Positions 45,843 through 54,512 of a stretch of 54,512 bases of DNA are shown in pieces. The notes beneath the pieces were generated by a model that was given only the letters and a program-made list of their open reading frames with translations, was not told where the DNA came from and did no database searches. The position numbers and the translations under genes are program-made. The stretch lies in contig JAEOTQ010000202.1 in NCBI GenBank assembly GCA_016839785.1, positions 1 through 54,512 of the forward strand. Reading direction: 5' to 3'. The first letter of the stretch is position 1, and every line of letters starts with the position of its first letter. This stretch comes from Candidatus Hodarchaeota archaeon. Lineage in GTDB: Archaea > Asgardarchaeota > Heimdallarchaeia > Hodarchaeales > Hodarchaeaceae.

Positions 45843-48124
45843 GAAATCTTTCTTTTTTTTCTAAATATAATCAGTAGTATGAGAAGTGGAATAATAAAAG
45901 TCATTCCTGGAACACTAGATTCAGTCATATCAGGAGATGATGGATATGAAGTAGATGATGGATATGAAGTAGATGATGGATATGAGCTATTAATAACAGA
46001 AGAAATATCTGTAGTTACGGAGATACTCGAAGAACTACTTATAATATCTGGTTCAATAATCGCAGGCAGAATGTTTACTTGTATAAGATAAGCAGCAAAA
46101 TCACATTCGGTAAATACTACCACTAAATCAAGTTTAGGATGTATGTAGATATAATGCCCATTAAGACCTGATGCATAATAATGATCTGGTTCTATCCACC
46201 ATTGATACCCATATCCCGTACTACTATTGATTGATCTTTGTACCCACTCCTTTGAAATGATTTGGTGTCCATTCAGACTACCATTGTTCAGGTAAAGGTA
46301 ACCAAATCTTGCTAAGTTACGCGGTGAAAGAAATAGATTTGAGTGGCCTCTATTTATCCCATTACGGTCAGTATCCCAGGTAACTTCGTCTTCTTTTATT
46401 CCTAGGGGATCAAACAAATTCTTTTGGGCAAATTCCAATGTAGATTGCCCTGTTACTCTATTAATTATTGCTGAAAGAAGATGAGACGCTCCAGAACAGT
46501 ATTCGAACTTTTCACCAGGTTTAGATTCCATAGGTTTATCAAGAATATACTGAATACTATTATTACTGTCAAGCATTTGGTCTGCAAGATCTCCTGGCCC
46601 TTCATACCCAATAGCATGTTCTGGCCAATCAAGACCAGTTCTCATCCTTAGTAAATGTTCTATTGTCATTTCTGACTTCCAAACACTCATATTTTTGAAT
46701 GTAAATTCAGGGAAAAAATCGATTACTTTTTCGTTTACGCTGAGAATAAATCCTTTATCAATTGCAATTCCTATCAAAGCTGATGTAAAACTTTTCGTAA
46801 CCGAATGTGTCTGATGCGGGTCTTCCATTATGTAGTGATGGCCGCTCTCATTATAGTATTTTTCTCCTACAATAACTCCATGCCTCATAATAATCATACC
46901 ATGTGCCTCATATCCATAAACTTCCGCTAGTCTTCTATATAACGCTTTAAGCTTGGTACTATCCATTCCCTGTTCTTCGGGTAATGAGGATGGCCAATCA
47001 TTAGAATTTTCTTCAAATGATCCGATATTGCCCCAAAGCTTTACTCTCCAGTCCCAGCTTCCTGAAAGCAATGTTAATCCATCCTTAGAATAATCCAAGG
47101 AAGTTATAACATTAGTATGTCCTATCAGGGTTTTTATTACTACTCCTGTAGATATATTCCATAAAAAAATACTTGCATTATATTGATCATATAAGTCTAA
47201 ACTCTCATCAAAATATCCCGATGCAAGAATTTCACCATCTGGTGAAAAATCCAAGCTGTGGAATTCATTGTTGCCAATTAAAGTTTTAAAGAGTAAACCT
47301 GTTGTAATATTCCACAAATTTATAGAACCATCCTCACTAGCAGAGGCTAGGATTTGACTGTCAGGAGAAAATTGAACTGTCTTAACCGATTCTGAATGAT
47401 TTGAGAACATCTGTCGTAATGACCGTGTAGATACATTCCAAAGTTTAACGTTTCCATTTTCATCTCCCGAAGCTAATAAGGAACCGTTAGGAGAATAATT
47501 TAAGCTATTAATAGAGGAAGAATGTTCCCCTAGGAGTAATTCTTCTTCACTTACAATGTTCCATTCTTTAATCCAAGATATTCCATCTAAAGAATTCTCA
47601 GCATATGCTATCACATTATCATTCAATGAAAAGGTAGCACCCCAGTACCAGCTGCCAATTTTTTCATATTTTTTAATGAATGATCCAGAAGTGACATTCC
47701 AGACGTGGAGTGATGTTTCTAGTGACCAATCTCCCCCAGGAGGAGATCTGAACCAATAATATCCACTGGTAACTAACAATGAACCATTTGGAGAGAACGA
47801 AACGGAATTGACTACTATATATTTTTGATGTCTTAAGAGATGAATTATTTCACCAGTTGATGCATTCCATATTCTAACCGTACCATCACAAGCTGCTGAG
47901 GCTATTACTGAATCATCAGGAGAAAAAATAGCTCTAAGAACACCATTACCATGACCTAAAAGAGTTTCATGATTATTTGTGAAATCATGATATATATGCA
48001 TTTTTTGCCAAGGGTTCAGTTTTAATTCGTCCTGTGAACCATTTAGAAATATCGACTCGTTCTCGTAGAGGAGTAGACAAATAATTATTATAATAACGTA
48101 TGAAGAAAATCTGAAATGCATCAT
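45839..48124 (-). CDS. Secreted WD40-repeat plus beta-lactamase-family serine hydrolase with PGM-TM-basic anchor
   Basis: About 7 GH...FSPDG...W[ND] repeats; HSVTKS (SxxK), FEYCS, ASG; Ser-rich linker; VPGM followed by TM and RKKRK. Confidence 0.9.
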   Translation of the reverse strand: MMHFRFSSYVIIIIICLLLYENESIFLNGSQDELKLNPWQKMHIYHDFTNNHETLLGHGNGVLRAIFSPDDSVIASAACDGTVRIWNASTGEIIHLLRHQKYIVVNSVSFSPNGSLLVTSGYYWFRSPPGGDWSLETSLHVWNVTSGSFIKKYEKIGSWYWGATFSLNDNVIAYAENSLDGISWIKEWNIVSEEELLLGEHSSSINSLNYSPNGSLLASGDENGNVKLWNVSTRSLRQMFSNHSESVKTVQFSPDSQILASASEDGSINLWNITTGLLFKTLIGNNEFHSLDFSPDGEILASGYFDESLDLYDQYNASIFLWNISTGVVIKTLIGHTNVITSLDYSKDGLTLLSGSWDWRVKLWGNIGSFEENSNDWPSSLPEEQGMDSTKLKALYRRLAEVYGYEAHGMIIMRHGVIVGEKYYNESGHHYIMEDPHQTHSVTKSFTSALIGIAIDKGFILSVNEKVIDFFPEFTFKNMSVWKSEMTIEHLLRMRTGLDWPEHAIGYEGPGDLADQMLDSNNSIQYILDKPMESKPGEKFEYCSGASHLLSAIINRVTGQSTLEFAQKNLFDPLGIKEDEVTWDTDRNGINRGHSNLFLSPRNLARFGYLYLNNGSLNGHQIISKEWVQRSINSSTGYGYQWWIEPDHYYASGLNGHYIYIHPKLDLVVVFTECDFAAYLIQVNILPAIIEPDIISSSSSISVTTDISSVINSSYPSSTSYPSSTSYPSSPDMTESSVPGMTFIIPLLILLIIFRKKRKIS
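45935..45985. repeat. 18-bp tandem repeat (~2.8 copies) encoding a YPSSTS linker
   Basis: AGATGATGGATATGAAGT repeated. Confidence 0.9.
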
Positions 48125-48149
48125 GATCTTCTAATTCGAGCAAAAATAC

Positions 48150-48157
48150 TTTTATAA
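48150..48157. promoter_or_regulatory. Candidate shared TATA box for divergent genes
   Basis: TTTTATAA sits in a 55-bp gap, 22 nt from ATG 48180 and 25 nt from the minus-strand ATG at 48124. Confidence 0.5.
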
Positions 48158-48179
48158 GAGTTGCGCATGTGGCAAATTA

Positions 48180-49295
48180 ATGCAAAAAAACCTAGATATA
48201 AAAGACTATCAAATAGTCAAAGCTTTGTTTGAACATGGTTTTAATTCTTCCAGTCGTTTTTTAAGTAAGAAATTAAACATTCCAGATAGAACCATAAGCT
48301 TTCGGATAAAAAAAATGAAGGAAAATGGTTTATTGCAAGCTTACCCTTTAATGCACGAACGACGGCTTGGATTAGGTGATTGTTGTATTGTCATTCAAGA
48401 ATCGGAGCACTTCAAATCAAGTTCCCTTTTCAAAATATTAGAAGAAATTCCTTATTTCTATCTTATCTCATCAACATATGGAAGATTTAATGGTATTTTA
48501 TGCTATTGCGTCTATTCTTTGAAATCAAAGCATCCTAGAGAATTTATTCGCCAATTAAAATTAGAGGGACTAATAAAGAATTTCTGGATCGTAGAGATTC
48601 GAGAACATATTGTATGTGAACCTTTCCTTGAGTATTTTGATGTAGAGCGAAGGAAATGGATTTGGAATTGGAAAGACTGGAAAAAGGGTATTAGTACAAA
48701 ACTGAAACAAGAAAGGAAAAAAAAGACCAAATTTAATTTGGATTTCACTCCAGAAATTATTGATTTTAAGGAAATTGATGTAGAGATTTTGAGACTAATC
48801 AAACAAGTCCAGCATGAGGAAACAGGAAGATTAACTCACTCTGAAATTGCTCAAAGACTTGGAACATCTACATACATCATTAAAAAACGAATTCAACATC
48901 TTTCCACAAGCGGAGTGATAAAACATTACCTGATTAATTTTTTCTCTCCTCAGGAAGGCGATATCCTTTTTATTTTTCTTTTTATGGAAATATCCAACTC
49001 AGATTTCAGTGACAATCTCCTTGAGCTACTTTCTGAATTACCTTTTCAGGTAGATTTCTTCCTAGAAACTAAAACTAAGATTTGTTGTTATCTTCGTCTA
49101 TCTGCACAAGATTGGACTGCTTTCTTAGGATGTTTTGAAATAATAAAGGATCAACTTAGAGATTATTTCTTCCAAATTGTCCCACACTACTATAATGAAC
49201 GGCACCATCTTTTTAATGCTTATAATCAGAAAAACAAACAGTGGGAAACGCCTTTCGATCTTTATATTCCTTTAATTTCCAAAAAAGAAGGATAA
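48180..49295 (+). CDS. Tandem Lrp/AsnC-type transcriptional regulator
   Basis: D.KD..I...L, LSKKLNIPDRTISFRIKKM and RLTHSEIAQRLG...RIQHL...GVI motifs. Confidence 0.8.
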   Translation: MQKNLDIKDYQIVKALFEHGFNSSSRFLSKKLNIPDRTISFRIKKMKENGLLQAYPLMHERRLGLGDCCIVIQESEHFKSSSLFKILEEIPYFYLISSTYGRFNGILCYCVYSLKSKHPREFIRQLKLEGLIKNFWIVEIREHIVCEPFLEYFDVERRKWIWNWKDWKKGISTKLKQERKKKTKFNLDFTPEIIDFKEIDVEILRLIKQVQHEETGRLTHSEIAQRLGTSTYIIKKRIQHLSTSGVIKHYLINFFSPQEGDILFIFLFMEISNSDFSDNLLELLSELPFQVDFFLETKTKICCYLRLSAQDWTAFLGCFEIIKDQLRDYFFQIVPHYYNERHHLFNAYNQKNKQWETPFDLYIPLISKKEG

Positions 49296-49299
49296 GATA

Positions 49300-49324
49300 A
49301 AACTTGGGTTTTATGACCAAGTTT
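49300..49324. terminator. Hairpin directly after the regulator stop
   Basis: AAACTTGG-N9-CCAAGTTT; a second hairpin CTGTCAT-N9-ATGACAG lies near 49373-49395. Confidence 0.4.
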
Positions 49325-49537
49325 GTATCCCTATCGTATTATTAAAAGACACTTTCAACAACAGTAGCGACCCTGTCATGCCTTAAAGATGACAGCTTTA
49401 CTGCAAAATCTACCTAATATCCAACAACCGATATTACTTCTTGTAGACTCAGTTGCTGGTCATGGTGCAGGTAGACCTTTAGATAAAGTAATAAGAGATA
49501 GTACACGTTTCTTATCCTTTTTCCAATGGAAACTAAA

Positions 49538-50734
49538 TTAATATCTAGGCACATCCTTTCTTCTTCTATGAATAATGAGAGAGGAAAGGGTAATTGCAAA
49601 TAGTAGGAAGTTCGAGAATCCTGGAGTAATTATCTGAGAAGTAGTTGACATTGTAGAACTCGTAGAAGTGGTAGTGGTCGTAGAAGTGGTAGTGGTCGTA
49701 GAAGTGGTAGAGGTTGTGGAAGTCGTCGTGGACGATGTTGGAATTGTCTTTTCTACAACAACTATGGTTATCTCGTTTACAATAAAATTCCCAAATTCGT
49801 CGTAAACTGATAAAGACAGGAGATAATTTCCAATAAAAAAACCGTTAAAACTTATTGAAATTTCATTTTTCTGGAGATATGATGTTGTAAGCTCGACACC
49901 ATCTAAAAATATTGAATAAGATGATGGATGTTCCTCAATAATATCCCAATTTACGTCAAACTGCTCATTTTCATATGCAGTTATAATATCTACAGAGTTT
50001 AAAATTACAGGTGAAAGTGAATCATTCTCATTGAATGGAAAAGTAATATAGTTCGTATGAGCCATCTCTGCAATCCAGTCTTGCTTAGATGGTGATCGAT
50101 CCATCTCTAGCTGCTCATCCCATTCTGGTGTATTTGGAGGATTAGTCGATTCATTGTACGCAATATAAACATAGTCCCAATCAATAGTTGCTTGATAGGT
50201 TCTTGACCACAAAACACCAAATCGTACTTCATTTATTGACTCTCTAGAATTTGCTTGACGCTGGGTCGTCCATGGACCACCAATCGATTGATTATCCACA
50301 TATACATACAAATCGCCTGAAAGAGTTGTTAAACGATATGTATGCCATTGGGAAACATCAAAAGATCCATTATCGTTCCAAATATGGTATTGGTAAAGAT
50401 CATATTCAACGTTGAGAAAATGATGGCCAATAGAAACAATGAACCAGTCCACACCATCGGAAATATAGACTGCCATGGGTCCACGAATTCCTTCTAAATC
50501 CTCAACAAGTCGCGATCTAATGTCAATAGTCAATCCCTCATCTCGGAAAATTGAACCTGGCTTGTAATAATTGCAGCTCAGATCTGAATGATCAATCATT
50601 CTCATATAATTCTCTTTCTCCTGGGTCATGTTGTAAGAATTATATAAACTTGAGTTAACATTCCCTATTCCAAGAAATAAAATTGCAAAGATTAGAAATA
50701 TACCTATGAAGAAAATATTTTTCATGTAATTCAC
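49538..50734 (-). CDS. Surface protein, copy B: ConA/LamG-like domain, Ig-like domain, Thr-rich linker, PGF-TM-basic anchor
   Basis: Shares long identical runs with 44211..45350 (e.g. MRMIDHSDLSCNYYKPGSIFRD). Ends in TPGF, TM and RRRK. Confidence 0.82.
   Translation of the reverse strand: MNYMKNIFFIGIFLIFAILFLGIGNVNSSLYNSYNMTQEKENYMRMIDHSDLSCNYYKPGSIFRDEGLTIDIRSRLVEDLEGIRGPMAVYISDGVDWFIVSIGHHFLNVEYDLYQYHIWNDNGSFDVSQWHTYRLTTLSGDLYVYVDNQSIGGPWTTQRQANSRESINEVRFGVLWSRTYQATIDWDYVYIAYNESTNPPNTPEWDEQLEMDRSPSKQDWIAEMAHTNYITFPFNENDSLSPVILNSVDIITAYENEQFDVNWDIIEEHPSSYSIFLDGVELTTSYLQKNEISISFNGFFIGNYLLSLSVYDEFGNFIVNEITIVVVEKTIPTSSTTTSTTSTTSTTTTTSTTTTTSTSSTMSTTSQIITPGFSNFLLFAITLSSLIIHRRRKDVPRY
49661..49710. 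repeat. 18-bp tandem repeat encoding a Thr/Ser linker
   Basis: CGTAGAAGTGGTAGTGGT, about 2.8 copies. Confidence 0.85.
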
Positions 50735-50791
50735 CTAATTTTGTCACATAATCATTAATTTTGCTTTAAAGGAGAGATTATGCTTAATCTT

Positions 50792-52078
50792 TTATTTTGT
50801 CCGCTCTACAACTGTTGCGATACCAACACCACCGCCACCACAAAGAGTTTGGATACCATAACGTTGGTTAGTATTAAGTAGATAATGCACCATATTGGTA
50901 AAGAATTGCACACCAGAGGAACCGATTGGATGACCAATTGCAATTGCACCACCATATGGATTTACCCTTGAATCATTAAACGCATAATCAAAGTGTTTCG
51001 CAAAGGCCAGACATGGTGAGGCAAATGCTTCATTAGGTTCTATACAGTTCATTTCAGCCATGGTTAAATCTCCAGCCCTTGTTAAAGCTCGTTCCATGGC
51101 AGGTATAGGCCCAGTGAGCATTAATTGAGGATCATCCCCCGCAACTGCTGTTGATAACACTTTTACAAAAGGTTTGAGCCCTAATTCATCTGCTTTTTCT
51201 CGTGCCATTAACATTACTGCTGAAGCCCCGTCAGAAATTTGAGACGAATTTCCTGCTGTAACTCTTCCATCTTCACGAAAAACGGGATTTAAGCTTTTCA
51301 TTTGCTCCCAAGCGGTTTCAGGATCATCCAGACATATTTCTCTAATAGTTTGATCCTTTGTTACTGTTTTCGTCTCTGTTGATCCATCAGGCTGTTCAAT
51401 CTCGATTTCAATGGGGATAACCCGTTTTTCATACTCTTGTGTGTTTCTCATACCTTTAGTTGCTTTTTGATGCGACCATATGCCAAATTTATCCATATCT
51501 TCCCTTGTTAGTCCATATTTATCTGCAACTTGTTCTGCTGATTCACCTTGCACAAAGCTCATCCGTTCTTGTAGATCTGACATACGATTTGAAAACTGAG
51601 CATGAATTTGTTCTACATCAATAAAGGTACCTAACTGTATATCAATTCCCATTGAATAATGAGTCAAATTTTCGACTCCCGCGGCAATCATAATATCTCC
51701 ATCCCCAACCTTGATGGCATTCGTACAAGTGTTGATAGCCTGTAATCCTGCATTGCAATAGCGATTCACTGTTGCACCAGCTACAATATCTGGGAGATTT
51801 TTCGCCATTAGTTGGGCAATTCGCGCAATATTCCCTCCTTGATCTCCTATCTGGGATAATATCCCTACTTGAACATCCTCGATTTCATGAGCATCAAAAC
51901 TACTAGATTTTGATTCAACTCTATCTACTAACGATTCTAATACGCTTACCAGCATATCTTGTGATGATGTATTTCTATAATAACCACCAAATTTGTCCAT
52001 TTGTGCACGACTGGATTTTCCTATAGGCAATCTAATTGCTTCTACTACTACGACCTCTCGGATTTCATTTCTCTTCAT
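50792..52078 (-). CDS. Acetyl-CoA C-acyltransferase (thiolase), intact
   Basis: NRYCNAG, TAGNSSQISDGA, NEAF, GHPIG and CGGGG motifs; GGAGG ribosome-binding site. Confidence 0.95.
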   Translation of the reverse strand: MKRNEIREVVVVEAIRLPIGKSSRAQMDKFGGYYRNTSSQDMLVSVLESLVDRVESKSSSFDAHEIEDVQVGILSQIGDQGGNIARIAQLMAKNLPDIVAGATVNRYCNAGLQAINTCTNAIKVGDGDIMIAAGVENLTHYSMGIDIQLGTFIDVEQIHAQFSNRMSDLQERMSFVQGESAEQVADKYGLTREDMDKFGIWSHQKATKGMRNTQEYEKRVIPIEIEIEQPDGSTETKTVTKDQTIREICLDDPETAWEQMKSLNPVFREDGRVTAGNSSQISDGASAVMLMAREKADELGLKPFVKVLSTAVAGDDPQLMLTGPIPAMERALTRAGDLTMAEMNCIEPNEAFASPCLAFAKHFDYAFNDSRVNPYGGAIAIGHPIGSSGVQFFTNMVHYLLNTNQRYGIQTLCGGGGVGIATVVERTK

Positions 52079-52158
52079 TTATTATCCTCCAACTAGATTT
52101 CAGATTAACCACTTAATGTTGTGGATTTTCTCTTAAGTGTACCCTTACCTTTAAGAGG

Positions 52159-53217
52159 ATGTTTACAGTAATCATAATTATGCTCACAGACGACATTTCA
52201 GAGTTTCAGAGGAGAACTAGTAAACTTCTTGTTTCCGTACTTCCTGATTTTTACATTGACGTTATAATTGATCCACATAGATCGTTTAAAGAATTAAACA
52301 AGGAACTACAAGAAGTTTATGCACGCGGTGGAGGTAATATTATTGGTACAGAGGTTAAATTCGTACCAGGGGGAAACGGAGGAAACGTAGCGAAGACACT
52401 AGCTAGATTAGGTGCTGAGACCACATTTCTTACTCAAACCTCCGATTTTGGAATAAATGTTCTAGAGCATTTTATGACTCCATTAGGAATTAAACTCGAA
52501 GCTACATCATCAGGCAATATAGCGAGTTCGGTTATTCTTGAGCTATCATCTGGAAAACGTGATAAATCCAATATTATGCTCTCAAGTGCTGGTAGTGTCG
52601 CAGGTTTCTCCTCATCAGCTCTTACAAATGAACAATGGAGTGTTCTGAGGAATAGTGGAATTATAGCATTAACTAATGCTCAAAATCTCGAGCTTGAAGA
52701 TTTAACAGAGGGTATTCTCCAAAATACTCCCAAAGAAATTATTGTGAGCTTAGACTTCTCTGATTTGACTCCACATTTATCTAGAATTGATGGATTTCGT
52801 GAACGTTTACTAAATCACCTAACACGCCCTCCAAACCTCGTGTTAGGTAATGAAAATGAATTTCGTCTTTTAGCAAAGTTACCAAAGGCATCTGCTATGG
52901 AAGCGGGTCAGGCATTATCATCAGATTTTCCAGAAGTATTCTTCGCCTTGCATACAGCAAATCAGGTATATTTATGGCATAGAACTCACTTACTCGCCAC
53001 CCAAAAGTGTCATCTTGTAAACTTACAACATGCAACTGGAGCAGGTGATGCATGGCATGCAGGTTTTCTAGTAGGATGGCAGGTAGGTTTGTCATACAAA
53101 GATGTACTGGCCTTTGCAAATGCAGTGGCTGGATATCAACTATCTAGGGGGGAAGTCGGAAAATTAGCTGATATTCTTCAATTTATGAAAGAAACACCTT
53201 TGCAGGAGACCAATTAG
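52159..53217 (+). CDS. PfkB/ribokinase-family carbohydrate kinase (start may be 52180)
   Basis: GGNGGNVA..LARLG, NENE and ATGAGDAW.AGF motifs. Confidence 0.88.
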   Translation: MFTVIIIMLTDDISEFQRRTSKLLVSVLPDFYIDVIIDPHRSFKELNKELQEVYARGGGNIIGTEVKFVPGGNGGNVAKTLARLGAETTFLTQTSDFGINVLEHFMTPLGIKLEATSSGNIASSVILELSSGKRDKSNIMLSSAGSVAGFSSSALTNEQWSVLRNSGIIALTNAQNLELEDLTEGILQNTPKEIIVSLDFSDLTPHLSRIDGFRERLLNHLTRPPNLVLGNENEFRLLAKLPKASAMEAGQALSSDFPEVFFALHTANQVYLWHRTHLLATQKCHLVNLQHATGAGDAWHAGFLVGWQVGLSYKDVLAFANAVAGYQLSRGEVGKLADILQFMKETPLQETN

Positions 53218-53339
53218 AAGAAAAAAGTGACCTGTATTGCCCATAGGGGTGAAGGATTATTTTATAAACCTTCTTCTTTACCGCTATTTTTAGGACATTC
53301 CGCGGATATAATGTTATTAAAACTGACGAGGTATGCATT

Positions 53340-54452
53340 TTGGGAAATACTAACACGGTATTGGTAGTAGGAACAGGTACAATCGGAGAACCACTGACAG
53401 GACTCTTAAGTGATAAAAATATATCCAAAGATCTAGGAATTGATGAATTAATTTTTTATAAACATTCACCTCGTCTAACTGATCGACCTATGATGAAAGG
53501 ATTGCTATCAAAAGGATCCCAGATGGCTGCACAACGAGAAAAGTTTGAAGCATTCCGTGAATTGGGTATAGAACCAACTTATACTTTTGAAGAAGCACTT
53601 GAAAAATCGAGAGTTATTGTTGATTGTTCCACTGAGGGAATGGGAGTCAGAAACAAATTACTTTTTTATGAGAAAATGCAGGATTCAGCGAGTGCCTTTT
53701 TAGCCCAAGGGAGTGAACATGGATTCGGACTTCCTTACGGTGTGGGACTTAACGATGATGTATTGACGAGGAAGAAAAACAAATTCATCCAAGTAGTGTC
53801 CTGTAATACTCATAATGCTTCACGAGTTCTAAAGAACCTGGCATTTGATAAGAATGGTAAGAATAAATTGAGTGAAGGGAGATTTGTTTTTATGCGTCGG
53901 GCAACTGATGTTTCCCAAGCTGGAAAATTTATTGCTAGTCCATCAGTTGGTCCACATAAGGACAGTACCTTTGGCACGCACCATGCGAAGGATGTCTACC
54001 GACTTTATTCCACACTTGGTTATCATTTGAATGTTTTTTCCAGTGCTATTAAACTCAATACTCAATACATGCATGTAGCCTCTTTTCATCTAGTTCTGGA
54101 TAATCATGACTGTGATTGTAATTTGGAAGATGTTGAAAGAAAATTCCGTGATGATCCTTACGTAGCGGTTACAAACAAAACAGATGCTAATGTTATCTTC
54201 AGTTTCGGACGTGAATACGGTCACTTTGGTCGGATTTTAAACCAAACGGTTATAGTTCTTCCTTCCCTATTAGTTCGGAAAAGTAATCTCTTTACTGATA
54301 AAGTTGAAGTGGTAGGTTACTCTTATACTCCCCAAGATGGCAATTCTCTTCTAAGCTCCACCTCCGCTGTCGCCTATTTCTTGAACCCCGAAGAAGTTGT
54401 CTTAGGAGAGCCTCTTCCCTGTTTACGACCATTCATATTCACTGAAGTTTGA
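53340..54452 (+). CDS. Divergent archaeal type II GAPDH-like dehydrogenase
   Basis: VVGTGTIG Rossmann motif, VDC, QGSE, VVSCNTH, RRATD, THHAKDV and MH. Confidence 0.75.
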   Translation: MGNTNTVLVVGTGTIGEPLTGLLSDKNISKDLGIDELIFYKHSPRLTDRPMMKGLLSKGSQMAAQREKFEAFRELGIEPTYTFEEALEKSRVIVDCSTEGMGVRNKLLFYEKMQDSASAFLAQGSEHGFGLPYGVGLNDDVLTRKKNKFIQVVSCNTHNASRVLKNLAFDKNGKNKLSEGRFVFMRRATDVSQAGKFIASPSVGPHKDSTFGTHHAKDVYRLYSTLGYHLNVFSSAIKLNTQYMHVASFHLVLDNHDCDCNLEDVERKFRDDPYVAVTNKTDANVIFSFGREYGHFGRILNQTVIVLPSLLVRKSNLFTDKVEVVGYSYTPQDGNSLLSSTSAVAYFLNPEEVVLGEPLPCLRPFIFTEV

Positions 54453-54512
54453 TCTTTTTTGACAATAAGCTGTAGATGAGAATCATTCTGCTGATAAATT
54501 ATCTAGAGGAGA

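Larger units (their letters stand above)
49461..51217. repeat. Diverged direct duplication, copy B
   Basis: Matches 44128-45842 at an offset of about 5.33-5.38 kb. Confidence 0.9.

Noticed and set aside
44128-51217. Duplicated segments as a diversity-generating retroelement TR/VR pair
   Set aside because: No reverse transcriptase is present, the repeats are too long, and differences are mostly synonymous rather than adenine-specific.
52130-52157. CTCTTAA-N14-TTAAGAG inverted repeat between the thiolase and pfkB genes
   Set aside because: The arms are short and AT-rich and occur once, so it cannot be separated from chance or overlapping promoter elements.
962-53428. Short antisense or nested ORFs in the track (e.g. 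962..1294, 15077..15484, 23151..23465, 31044..31463, 45347..45580, 53183..53428)
   Set aside because: They overlap well-supported genes and carry no motifs. The similar pair 10206..10412 and 11352..11540 only mirrors the 1119-bp repeat.
1-54512. tRNA, rRNA, IS elements or provirus
   Set aside because: No cloverleaf, GC-rich structural RNA tract, terminal inverted repeats, integrase or capsid genes were recognised by eye. tRNAscan/Infernal would be needed to exclude small RNAs.

Overview
AT-rich archaeal chromosomal segment, most likely from an Asgard archaeon (Heimdallarchaeia/Hodarchaeales-like). This is inferred from TATA-box promoters, tandem Lrp/AsnC regulators, RING-like zinc-finger proteins, an archaeal type II GAPDH-like gene and PGF-like C-terminal anchors. 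It holds about 45 CDS; I found no rRNA, tRNA, CRISPR, integrase or transposase. Highlights: (1) A 2914-aa surface protein with eight GldG/IFT52-type (GIFT/DUF4350-like) domains separated by Ig-like pairs lies divergent from a tightly coupled operon of membrane proteins, an atypical ABC ATPase, a permease and a membrane-anchored RING-like protein. This is a candidate GldAFG-like surface system. (2) The iscS-iscU-tusA operon encodes an IscS with Leu in place of the PLP Schiff-base Lys. (3) A two-component pair combines a sensor lacking the ATPase domain with a receiver carrying Asp->Asn. (4) A diverged direct duplication (thiolase 3' end, lectin-like surface gene, conserved tail) brackets a WD40-serine hydrolase/Lrp cassette. 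(5) The window also has cydAB, two orphan DNA methyltransferases, a BtrH-PadR-GyrI operon and an OB-fold/RING-like fusion. All family calls come from reading motifs by eye, not from database searches.
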